Source: a virus
Lineage: Duplodnaviria > Caudoviricetes
Reading direction: 5' to 3' (one strand)
Length of the DNA stretch: 64,000 nucleotides
Virus record (IMG/VR): IMGVR_UViG_3300048996_000137
Location: 627 to 64,626 of that record
The position numbers and the translations under genes are program-made. How positions within the stretch are numbered: the first letter of the stretch is position 1; each line of letters starts with the position of its first letter. The notes beneath the pieces were generated by a model, which worked only from the letters and a program-made list of their open reading frames with translations, did not search any database and had not been told where the DNA came from. Of the stretch, positions 55,220-64,000 are shown piece by piece.

Positions 55220-57640
55220 ATGCGCTACGACCATTTGACGATCCGAGACTTGGGGCCGTTCAAACACGTCGACCTCGACTTCGCCGCCATCAGCGGCAAG
55301 CTCGTCGCCGTCTGCGGAGACAACGGCTCGGGCAAAACCACGCTGCTCGAGCTCTTGCCCGGAGCGCTCTACCGCAACTGCCCGACGCGCGGCAGCCTCA
55401 CTGACCTTGCGACCAGCCGCAACGCATTCGTGGAGGTCGCGGCCGCGAACGGCAAGGCCTGGACGATCCGACAGAGCGCCGACGGCACGTCCGGCAAGAG
55501 CGAGGCCCTCATCCTGAACTCGGCCGGTGCGCCCGTGCTCGAAAGCGCGAAGGTGCGCGATGCGGACGCGTGGGTCGCGCGACACCTGCCACCGCCCGAA
55601 GTGATGTACGCGTCGAGTTTCCTCGCGCAGCAGTCGACCGGGTTTTTGGAGCTGTCCGCAGCCGAGCGTAAGCGCGTGCTCTTGCGGCTGCTTCGCATCG
55701 AGCGCTACGAGCGCATGGCGGAGCGTGCACGCGAAAAGTCGCGCGGCAGCAAGGCCGAGTGCGAGACGCTTCGCGCGCGCATCGAGGAAGCCCGCGGTGA
55801 GGACGTCGAAGCGCTCACGACCGCGCGCGCCGAGCTCGTGGTCCAACAGTCAGAGCTCGCGCTCGAGTGCACCGAGCTCGAGCAGCGGCTTGCGACGGTG
55901 CGGCAAGAGCTCGCGACCGTCAACGCCACCGTGACCCAGTCGCAGAAGCGACTGCCGCTCGAAGCGCACCTGGGCGAGCTCGAGCGCGATCACAAGCTCG
56001 CGCGCGATCGCATCGCGAATAACCGCCGGCTGATCGCGGACGAGGTCAAGATCCGAGCGCGGGCCACGCAGCAGCGCGAGCTCACGAAAGAGCGCGACGA
56101 AAACGCAAACGAACGAACCACCATGCAGCCCGCGATCGCAGGCAAGCTCGAGGAGTCGCGCGCGGCTACGGCTCGGCGTGATCGCGCGCTCGAGCGGGTG
56201 CACGAATCTGAAGCGGAGATCGAGAGCCGCAAGGCGCAAAAGGCCGCGGCTGCCAAAGCCGAAACCGCGCGCGCGAAGCTGCCCGCTGCGCGTGCGGCGC
56301 ACGAAGCCGCGAGAACCAAGCTGCGCGAGATCGACGAAAAGCTGAGCGAGGCGCGCAAGCTCCTGGTCGACGGTCGCGACGCGCGGATCGGCAAGCTGCG
56401 CACGGGCCTGGTCGTGATCGGCAAGGGCACCGCCAATCCGAAGCGCACCGCGTCGAGCACGCTCGAGGACGACGACGGGCTCGTGCGCGCACAGCGCGCT
56501 GCGCCCGCGACGATCAAGCGCCTGGAAGCCTCGCGCGACGCGGCCGACACCGGCTGCGACGAAGCGAATGAAGCGCTCGCAGAGCTTCGCGAGCTCGCGA
56601 ACGCCAAGGACGGCAAGGATGCGGAGCGCGCGCTCGCGACGGCTCAAACGGCCCTCGCGCGAGCCGAAGCTGAAGCGGAGACCGAAGGCAACGCCGCCGT
56701 CGTCGCGAGCCTCGAAATGAAGAAACTGCGCGGGCAAGCGAACAAGCTCGACAAGCGGCTCGCGTTTCTCAACACGTCACTGATGCAACCGGACGTGGCT
56801 GGCGCGCTCGAGCTCGAAAAAAAGCTCGAAGGTGCGCATGCCCGAATCGAAGAGCTCGAGCCATCCGAAAAGCGCATGGCCGCCGAGCTCGAGCGGCTGC
56901 GCGCGGAGATCGCGTCGCTGCCTGCCGCACCCGGCCCGCGCCTGGTCGAGCTCGATGGAGTCATTCGGCTGGTGCAGACCACGCTCGAGCAAAAGCGTGG
57001 TCGCAGCGGCCAGCTGGTGCAGAACATCGCTGCACTGGCGCAGCGGATCACGACTGCCGAAGCCGCGGACGTGCGTGCACGGACGTTTGAGACTTCGCTC
57101 GAGCTCGCCGAACGTGAACTCGCCGACTACACGCGCCTCGGCCAGGACCTCGGCAAGGACGGTTTGCAAGCGCTCGAGATCGACGCGAGCATTCCCGAGC
57201 TCAACACGCTGGCGAACGACCTCTTGCACACGTGTCACGGTGGGCGCTTCACGGTCGAGCTCCGGACCGACCGCGTTGCGGCCGACGGCAAGCGCATGTT
57301 GGAGGACCTCGAGGTGCGGGTGATCGACACCGAGCACGGCCGCGATGCGCCCGTCGAGACGTATTCGGGGGGCGAAAAGGTGATCGTCGGGGAAGCGATC
57401 AGCCTCGCGCTCACGATGGTTGCGTGCCATCGCGCGGGACTGACCGCGCCTACGCTCGTGCGCGACGAATCCGGCGCCGCGCTCGACCCCGGTAACGGGC
57501 GCTCGTACATCGCGATGCTTCGCCGAGCCGCGGAGCTCGTCGGTGCGGACAAGGTGCTGTTCGTGACCCACGACCCCGAGCTGCAAGCGCTTGCGGACGC
57601 ACGGATCGATGTGGGTGACGGAACTGCTGTGATTGCATGA
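55220..57640 (+). CDS. SbcC/Rad50-like SMC ATPase
   Basis: GDNGSGKTT, long coiled coil, YSGGE, DE..AALD, VTH. Confidence 0.92.
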   Translation: MRYDHLTIRDLGPFKHVDLDFAAISGKLVAVCGDNGSGKTTLLELLPGALYRNCPTRGSLTDLATSRNAFVEVAAANGKAWTIRQSADGTSGKSEALILNSAGAPVLESAKVRDADAWVARHLPPPEVMYASSFLAQQSTGFLELSAAERKRVLLRLLRIERYERMAERAREKSRGSKAECETLRARIEEARGEDVEALTTARAELVVQQSELALECTELEQRLATVRQELATVNATVTQSQKRLPLEAHLGELERDHKLARDRIANNRRLIADEVKIRARATQQRELTKERDENANERTTMQPAIAGKLEESRAATARRDRALERVHESEAEIESRKAQKAAAAKAETARAKLPAARAAHEAARTKLREIDEKLSEARKLLVDGRDARIGKLRTGLVVIGKGTANPKRTASSTLEDDDGLVRAQRAAPATIKRLEASRDAADTGCDEANEALAELRELANAKDGKDAERALATAQTALARAEAEAETEGNAAVVASLEMKKLRGQANKLDKRLAFLNTSLMQPDVAGALELEKKLEGAHARIEELEPSEKRMAAELERLRAEIASLPAAPGPRLVELDGVIRLVQTTLEQKRGRSGQLVQNIAALAQRITTAEAADVRARTFETSLELAERELADYTRLGQDLGKDGLQALEIDASIPELNTLANDLLHTCHGGRFTVELRTDRVAADGKRMLEDLEVRVIDTEHGRDAPVETYSGGEKVIVGEAISLALTMVACHRAGLTAPTLVRDESGAALDPGNGRSYIAMLRRAAELVGADKVLFVTHDPELQALADARIDVGDGTAVIA

Positions 57641-57666
57641 CGGACCTCTCCGACTAGGGTGACGAA

Positions 57667-59529
57667 ATGACGAAACATGCTCTGGCGCTGTCGAAGGACC
57701 TGACACTACCGGCCGACGCAGCGACGCAGACGTTTGCGTTCCTCGGACGGAAGGGTAGCGGCAAAACTTACGCCGCGGGCAAGCTCGTCGAACTTTTGCT
57801 CCAAGCGCAGACGCAAGTCGTGATCTTGGACACGGTCGGCAACTGGTACGGGTTGCGCCTCTCCGCCGACGGCAAGAAGCGCGCGTTCGACATTCCGGTG
57901 ATCGGTGGACTGCGCGGAGATGTGCCGCTCGAAGCCGAAGGCGGGGCGCTCATCGCAGACACGCTGATGGACACCGGTCGCAGCGCGATCGTGGACATCT
58001 CGCAGTTTTCGAAGGCCGCGCGGCAGCGTTTTGCGACGGCGTTCGGTGAGCGGCTGTGGCAGCGAAAAAAAGCCGACCACCATCCGGTACCGCTGACGTT
58101 GGTGATCGAAGAGGCTCAGCTCATCGTGCCGCAGGCGGTCGCCGGCGACACCGCGCGCATGGTGGGCATCTACGAGGAGATCATTCGGCTCGGCCGCAAC
58201 TACGGCATCGGCGTCGTGATGATCTCCCAGCGCCCGCAGTCGGTGAACAAAGAAGTCCTCAATCAAACCGAGTGTCTGTGCGTGTTTCAGACGTCGGGCG
58301 CGCAGGAACGCGACGCGCTCAAAAAGTGGATCGTGGATCAGGGCGGCAGCGTCGACCTGATCAAGGAGCTGCCGAGCTTGCCGATCGGCACGGGCTACTT
58401 GTGGAGCCCGCAGTGGTTGCAGGTGTTCAAGCGGATCACGATCGCGCCGAAGACGACGTACGACTCGACCGCAACGCCCAAGCCCGGCCAGAAGCGCGCG
58501 ACCGCGAAGCTCGCGCCGCTCGACTTGGATGACCTGGCCACGCGCATGAAAGAGGTAGTCGAGCGCGCGAAGCAGGACGATCCGAAGGCCTTGCGCAAGC
58601 GCATCGCCGAGCTCGAGCGGGACGCCGAACAGCGCCGGCTGGTCAGCGAGAAGTGGGCGCAGCGAGAGCACGAGCTCCTTCTGAAGCTCGACAAAAAGAA
58701 GCCGGGTAAGCCCGTCGAGATCAAGGCGCCGGTGCTCGACCCAAAGGCGCGCGCGATGCTCGACACGTTGGTGAAAGCCGGACGGCAGGCCTCGACCCAG
58801 CTCGAAGCGTTGCAAAAGCGCGTCCTCGCGGCCGCAACTCAACCGCCGCACGACCCGCGGCAGCTGTCGATCGAGCAGCTCGCGGGTGCGGTGATCTCTC
58901 CGCCGCCGCGGCACGGCAAGAGGATTGCGATGCAGGCGATCGCGAACCTGCAGAACGCCCGACCCATCACGCTCGCCGACTTCGAGGCAACGGCGAAGGC
59001 TCAAACCCAATCGACGACGCGGGCTTTCTTCGGCATCGATCACGCAGCGAAGGACGGCAACGGACACGCCGATGCGCACGTGGGCGACGGGGAGCGAAAA
59101 ATCCTCACCGCGGCAGCGCAAAATCCAGACGGCGCGTCGCGCGAGCAGCTGACGCTGTTCACCGGCTACAAGCGCTCGACGCGCGATCGCTACATCCAGC
59201 GCTTGCGCCAGAAGGACCTCGTGCTCGAACAGGGCGGGCAGATCGTTGCGAGCCCGGCCGGAGTTGCGTGGCTCGGCGACGACTATGTGCCGCTGCCGCG
59301 CGGAGCGGCACTCCTGCATCACTGGATGGGGCGCTTGCCCGAAGGCGAGCGCGCAGTGCTTCAGGTCGTGGTGCATCACCACCCGCAGGCCGTACCGCGC
59401 GATGAGATCAGCGAAGCGACGGGCTACAAACGTTCGACGCGCGATCGCTACTTGCAGCGCCTCGCACTTCGCAAGCTCGTGAGCAACGCCGACCGCGACG
59501 GCATCGTCGCGAGCAAAGAGCTGTTTTGA
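57667..59529 (+). CDS. HerA/DUF87-like ATPase with duplicated C-terminal wHTH
   Basis: GRKGSGKT, IEEAQ, GRNYGIG...ISQRP; two TGYKRSTRDRY.QRL repeats. Confidence 0.88.
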   Translation: MTKHALALSKDLTLPADAATQTFAFLGRKGSGKTYAAGKLVELLLQAQTQVVILDTVGNWYGLRLSADGKKRAFDIPVIGGLRGDVPLEAEGGALIADTLMDTGRSAIVDISQFSKAARQRFATAFGERLWQRKKADHHPVPLTLVIEEAQLIVPQAVAGDTARMVGIYEEIIRLGRNYGIGVVMISQRPQSVNKEVLNQTECLCVFQTSGAQERDALKKWIVDQGGSVDLIKELPSLPIGTGYLWSPQWLQVFKRITIAPKTTYDSTATPKPGQKRATAKLAPLDLDDLATRMKEVVERAKQDDPKALRKRIAELERDAEQRRLVSEKWAQREHELLLKLDKKKPGKPVEIKAPVLDPKARAMLDTLVKAGRQASTQLEALQKRVLAAATQPPHDPRQLSIEQLAGAVISPPPRHGKRIAMQAIANLQNARPITLADFEATAKAQTQSTTRAFFGIDHAAKDGNGHADAHVGDGERKILTAAAQNPDGASREQLTLFTGYKRSTRDRYIQRLRQKDLVLEQGGQIVASPAGVAWLGDDYVPLPRGAALLHHWMGRLPEGERAVLQVVVHHHPQAVPRDEISEATGYKRSTRDRYLQRLALRKLVSNADRDGIVASKELF

Positions 59530-59530
59530 A

Positions 59531-59884
59531 ATGACGTGTCCGCGCTGCGACAAGCCGCTCGGCCCGAACGACGCGCCGATCATCGACGTCGCCGGCGGCA
59601 AGCTCTTGTGCCCGCACTGCCATAAGTCGCTGCAGGTCACGCGGGCGCCGCCGCCGCGGACGCGCGCCGAGACCGATGCGATCGTCGTGCGCAGCATCAT
59701 TCCGCGCTGCAAGACGTGCGCCCACCATGCGCACGTTCCGAACCCTGAGGTCCCATGGGGCCACTGCACGTTGCTCGAGCGAGACGTTTCTTTGCTCGTG
59801 AACGCGGGCGGCGGGCCGGAGTACTTCGAAATCGAAACGCACGAGAACTTTGGCTGCGTCGAACACAAGCCGGAGGGAACATGA
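59531..59884 (+). CDS. Cys-rich hypothetical protein
   Basis: CPRC, CPHC, CKTC.H, FGC..H. Confidence 0.6.
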   Translation: MTCPRCDKPLGPNDAPIIDVAGGKLLCPHCHKSLQVTRAPPPRTRAETDAIVVRSIIPRCKTCAHHAHVPNPEVPWGHCTLLERDVSLLVNAGGGPEYFEIETHENFGCVEHKPEGT

Positions 59885-60141
59885 TCTTTTGGGTCTGGGT
59901 CGAGGCCGTGCACAGCGACAGCGTCCGCGGCGATCGCATCGCCGCAGACAGCCACAAACAAGCTGCGGAGCACTGGTGCGAGCTGCACTACCAGTGCACC
60001 GAGCTCAGCGCCGCCGCGTTCCGCATCCCGCAAGTGCGTGTCAGCGAGGAGGGACCCGCAGCCACCGTCAAACACTTCGCCGTCCAAGGCATCGTCGTCA
60101 TGAACTTCCACGCAACCGAAGTCGTCGAGGTCAAACTGTGA
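59881..60141 (+). CDS. Hypothetical protein
   Basis: GGAGG RBS; coupled. Confidence 0.55.
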   Translation: MIFWVWVEAVHSDSVRGDRIAADSHKQAAEHWCELHYQCTELSAAAFRIPQVRVSEEGPAATVKHFAVQGIVVMNFHATEVVEVKL

Positions 60142-60301
60142 AAGCGAACGACTCAGAAGAAACGCGCGCGCTGCGCGAAGCGATCAGCGCCGAGATCAAG
60201 ACGTTGACCGCGCAGTGGCGTAAGCCCGTCGGCAGTGAGATCTGCCAACCGGCCCGCGAGCGCTGCGCCAAAGATCTCGAAGAGCTCCTCGGGAAGTTCG
60301 C

Positions 60302-60511
60302 ATGACGTACGCGCAAGCGATCGCGCTGTTGCAAGCGGGCCTCGCGCACAACGATCTCGTCGCTGCGATCGAGGCGGAGCACGACCGGCTCACCGGCATT
60401 CTTGCCCGCTGCAGCGAGCTCCACAACCGCAGCAACTGCGCCGCGTCGTACTGCCAGCTGTGCCACGAGCTCGAGCCCCACGGCCAGGTCGAGCGGAGCA
60501 TGCCGTCATGA
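60302..60511 (+). CDS. Small hypothetical protein
   Basis: ATGA coupling at both ends. Confidence 0.5.
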   Translation: MTYAQAIALLQAGLAHNDLVAAIEAEHDRLTGILARCSELHNRSNCAASYCQLCHELEPHGQVERSMPS

Positions 60512-61425
60512 GCGAGCTCGAGCGCATCATCGCGGCGTCCGGCGAGCGCGCCGACTCGCTCAAGCTGGTGTGCGACGAGGTGATTGCCGTACGCCGCGAG
60601 CGCGACGCGCTGAAGGCGGACTTGGAGGCGGAGCAGAAGCTGACCGCAGACGTCGACCGACTGACGGGTGAGAATCTGCGCCTGAAGGCGGAGTTGGAGG
60701 CGGAGCGCCAGGAGGTGGAACTGAAGCGTGCCGCGATGAACGGCATGCAGGCGGAGCAGGCCGAGTTGAAGGCCAAGCACACCAACATCCTGGCTACCGA
60801 CGAGCTGGTCGTGGCTGCACTGCGCGGCGACTACGAGCGGCTGCGGACGGAGTGCGACGCCTGGAAGGTTCTGCACGCGGGCCTCGATCGACAGAGTGCT
60901 GCTGAGGTCGCGCAGCTGCGCGCGGAGTTGGAAGAGTCGAGGCTTGGACCGCACACCGAAGCGGTCGACAAGGCCATGTTCCATTTTCACCGCAAGCGCA
61001 GCGAAGTGCTCTTCACCCAACTCCACGAGGTGCGCGAGGCGGCGGAGGCGCTGGCTGCAACATGGCGCGAGGCTGCCGAGAACTACCCAAAACAGAGCGT
61101 CGTCCTACTCGACTGCGCGAACAAGGTCGCCGTGCTCGCCAAGACGAGGCCGCTCGCCGAGCCGAAGCCGGACGAACAGGCGCGGCCGCCACGGAGCTTC
61201 GAAATCAACGTCGGCTTGCCGGACGGCCGGTCGATGCGCGCCGTCATCGACATCGACGCGGAACTGATCGGCAGGCTGCGGCTGTGCGAGTTGAGCGACT
61301 ACGTGAAACTCCGCGATGAGGCTGAGAGCATGCACGCGGTGCTCGGTCGCTACTACGACAGGGACCTGGACGCGAAGGCTGCATGGGATGAGGCAAACGC
61401 CGTGCTCGCCAAGGTGAGATCGTGA
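60508..61425 (+). CDS. Coiled-coil hypothetical protein
   Basis: Heptad-rich E/A/L/R sequence. Confidence 0.65.
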   Translation: MSELERIIAASGERADSLKLVCDEVIAVRRERDALKADLEAEQKLTADVDRLTGENLRLKAELEAERQEVELKRAAMNGMQAEQAELKAKHTNILATDELVVAALRGDYERLRTECDAWKVLHAGLDRQSAAEVAQLRAELEESRLGPHTEAVDKAMFHFHRKRSEVLFTQLHEVREAAEALAATWREAAENYPKQSVVLLDCANKVAVLAKTRPLAEPKPDEQARPPRSFEINVGLPDGRSMRAVIDIDAELIGRLRLCELSDYVKLRDEAESMHAVLGRYYDRDLDAKAAWDEANAVLAKVRS

Positions 61426-61622
61426 GCCGCGGCTACGGCGTGGTGCTCGCCAACTCGTTTTCGTACGACGAGGTGAAGGCGCTGCTCGACCTGCACAGCT
61501 CGGTGCTGCGCGGGGCCAACGAGCACGCGTGCGTCGTCGCAGCGAGCCCCGAGCTCGTGAAGGTCGTCCAAAAGTTTCGGCGCATGCGAACGAAGTACGA
61601 AGACGCGAGGCCAGACAAATGA
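61422..61622 (+). CDS. Small hypothetical protein
   Basis: Coupled ORF. Confidence 0.55.
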   Translation: MSRGYGVVLANSFSYDEVKALLDLHSSVLRGANEHACVVAASPELVKVVQKFRRMRTKYEDARPDK

Positions 61623-61861
61623 AACTCGATGAAAGCAGTGCGGACCTCGTCAGCGTCGGCTTGGCCGTTGCGGTCTCGCTGCACATCACGGGCCGCGACG
61701 ACGTGCTCCGGCGCTTGAAAAACCGCAGCTTTCGGCTGCGTGCGTGCGAGCTTATCCTCGAGCAGCTGCGCAAGGAGCTCGCGGACGTGGCGTGGCAACC
61801 GCCGCCCGACTCCGAATACCGCGAGCTGCTCGACAAGATCATCGCGGCCGCGCACGACTGA
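61619..61861 (+). CDS. Small hypothetical protein
   Basis: Coupled ORF. Confidence 0.55.
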   Translation: MKLDESSADLVSVGLAVAVSLHITGRDDVLRRLKNRSFRLRACELILEQLRKELADVAWQPPPDSEYRELLDKIIAAAHD

Positions 61862-62079
61862 TGGATAACGCGCTCGAGTGCCCGCACTGCGGTCGCGCCA
61901 TGTTCTGGGCGCAGACTCGGCGCGGCACCAAGCTCGAGCTCGACGCGGAGCCGGACCCGGACGGTAAAATCGCAGTCACGATCGAAGACGGTGGCTACGT
62001 CGCGTTCGTGCACCGTGCGGAGTGGCCCGCCCACGCGCTGCGCTTCTCGAGTCACCTCAAGACGTGTCCGGGCAGGTAG
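61861..62079 (+). CDS. Small Zn-binding phage protein
   Basis: C..CG....W..T..G....LD.EP...G, SH..TCP. Confidence 0.7.
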   Translation: MDNALECPHCGRAMFWAQTRRGTKLELDAEPDPDGKIAVTIEDGGYVAFVHRAEWPAHALRFSSHLKTCPGR

Positions 62080-62216
62080 CCACATCTACCAACTTGGCAA
62101 GAACCCGGAAGGCCGGTAAAACGTTCTGGCAGAAGTCAAAAAACTCGCGGTGACGCTCGTCGGGTATTGGCAAAGCGCCTCTGCTGGTTTACCAACCTCT
62201 ACCTAGTTGGCAATCG

Positions 62217-62426
62217 ATGGACCTCGATAAAGCTGCGTTGCTCAAGAAGCTGCGGAAGATGGAAGAGACCGCCTCCAAGCAGCAACGCGACATCAACGAG
62301 CTCATCGTCCAACTCGACGATCCGAAGACCAAGGCCGAGCTCCGCAAGCATTTGCGGGATACGTGCAAGGCGCGGCCGGAAGATCTCGAGCGGGAAGCCA
62401 AACGCATACGCGAGAAAGGTTGGTAA
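62217..62426 (+). CDS. Small helical protein upstream of integrase
   Basis: 69 aa ORF ending 4 nt before integrase ATG. Confidence 0.55.
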   Translation: MDLDKAALLKKLRKMEETASKQQRDINELIVQLDDPKTKAELRKHLRDTCKARPEDLEREAKRIREKGW

Positions 62427-62430
62427 CCGA

Positions 62431-63792
62431 ATGGGTCGTAAACTTGAGGGATCGGTGTTGGAGTACCGGGGCCGCCACAAGGCGAGCGTCGGCGAGAAGT
62501 ACTTAGGCATTTTCAATACAGCTGCGGACGGCTGGCGCGCAGTCGACGCGTATCTCATCAACAAGCGCGCGCGTGAAGCCGAAGCGGGCCTGACGACGCT
62601 GCGGCTCTGGGGCGAGGTGTTCTTCGAGGAGCGCGAGCTCGCCGGCGTCGTGCGCAACACCGACAAAGAACGCAGCGTGTGGAACCGGCACGTCATCGGG
62701 AGCGAGAAGTCGCCCGGGGCGGTCTTCATCGATTGGCCGATGACGAAGATCCAGCCGATTCTGTGCAAGCAGTTTCTCGAAGGGCTGCTCCGGAAAAAAG
62801 TCACGAACGCGCACGTCACCAAGGACGGCGAGATCGTCTACAAGAAAAACAAACGCACGCTCAGCCGCAAGGTCGTCACCAACGTGCGCACGCTGCTCAA
62901 AGCCTGCTTCGGGCAGGCCGTCCTCAACAAACAACGCACGCGCCTGGCCGCCAACCCGATCACCGAGGACGTGGTCGTGCCGGAGATCGCCCGCGTCGTC
63001 GAAAACGAAGAGCTGATCAATCACCTCGAGCTCGAGGAGATCACCAAGCTCTTCGCAATCTTGCCGGACGCGCGTCGCAAGGCGTACTTCGGCATCGCGA
63101 TCTACGCGGGGCTACGCGATGGCGAGATCATCGGGCTGCGCTGGCGCGACATCTTGCTCGATGCGAAGCGGCCGACGATCGAAGTGCGTCGCAGCTACGA
63201 CGGTGCGACCAAAACGAAGAACAGCCGTCGCAACGTTCCGATCCTGAACGAGCTGCGGCCGTACTTGCGCGCGTGGCGGACCGAGCTGCTCACCGGAACG
63301 ACCGAGGAGACGCGACGCGGAGCGGTGGTGCCGGTGAAGTTCGGAACCCGCGACGTGCAGCTCGACTCGGTGGTGTTCCCCGCGCCCGGTGGCGGCTGCT
63401 ACCACGACGGCTACGACTGCGACTGGCGTCACCGCTCGCAGCGCATCAGCGCGACCGAGGTGAAGGTGCGGCCGGGCTGGCGCGCGCGCGCCGGCATCCG
63501 CGACAGCGTGACGTTCCACGACCTGCGACACACCTGCGCTGCGCATCTCGTGATGGGCAGCTGGGGCGTGAAGCTCGACATGTACGAGCTGTCGAAATGG
63601 CTCGGCCACTCGGACATCCAAGTGACCCAGCGCTACGCCGATCTGAGCCCCGACTTCTTGCACGAGAAGGTGGCTCGAACGAACGAGGCTGCGCGCAAAC
63701 TTCGCGACCAAGAAGTCGCGGAGCGTGTCGACGAAAAAGTCGCCGATGCGGCGTCGAAATCGGGTCGCAAAAGCCGCCCCGATTCCGACTGA
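62431..63792 (+). CDS. int: Tyrosine integrase
   Basis: YAGLRDGE..GL.W.D, TK, FHDLRHT, LGHS, TQRYA. Confidence 0.95.
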   Translation: MGRKLEGSVLEYRGRHKASVGEKYLGIFNTAADGWRAVDAYLINKRAREAEAGLTTLRLWGEVFFEERELAGVVRNTDKERSVWNRHVIGSEKSPGAVFIDWPMTKIQPILCKQFLEGLLRKKVTNAHVTKDGEIVYKKNKRTLSRKVVTNVRTLLKACFGQAVLNKQRTRLAANPITEDVVVPEIARVVENEELINHLELEEITKLFAILPDARRKAYFGIAIYAGLRDGEIIGLRWRDILLDAKRPTIEVRRSYDGATKTKNSRRNVPILNELRPYLRAWRTELLTGTTEETRRGAVVPVKFGTRDVQLDSVVFPAPGGGCYHDGYDCDWRHRSQRISATEVKVRPGWRARAGIRDSVTFHDLRHTCAAHLVMGSWGVKLDMYELSKWLGHSDIQVTQRYADLSPDFLHEKVARTNEAARKLRDQEVAERVDEKVADAASKSGRKSRPDSD

Positions 63793-63813
63793 CGCTGTGT
63801 ACCCATCCAGGGT

Positions 63814-63986
<173 letters not shown>

Positions 63987-64000
63987 GCGCCAGACACCGT

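Overview
The window is a near-complete genome of a high-GC temperate phage with a contractile tail (Mu-like myovirus structural genes). The strong CG/TCGA/GATC word bias suggests a myxobacterial host, but that is inference. Layout: small + strand ORFs (1-3.9 kb); a long minus-strand late operon (39.1 kb down to 3.9 kb) containing two basic peptides, PAPS-reductase-like, ParB-like, terminase, portal, MuF, protease, capsid, neck, sheath/tube, tape measure, baseplate, fibres and lysin; a CpG-free control island (40.5-40.8 kb); a + strand operon of small early genes (40.9-45.5 kb); a minus-strand replication/methylase block (45.5-51 kb); a repressor; a + strand Mre11-Rad50-HerA block; and a tyrosine integrase followed by an attP-like site carrying the 3' part of tRNA-fMet. 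Most notable: (1) the portal gene is fused in frame to a kinase-like effector domain through an H-x-K-G-G-[KR]-F motif that recurs in two tiny duplicated basic peptides encoded upstream of the PAPS-reductase/ParB/terminase genes; (2) two type II hammerhead ribozymes and further multi-hairpin elements separate the early genes; (3) a ~335 bp island almost devoid of CG, built from CAGG/C-run repeats; (4) a palindromic operator-like motif dispersed at about 12 sites. All product calls are by eye from motifs and gene order; no searches were run.
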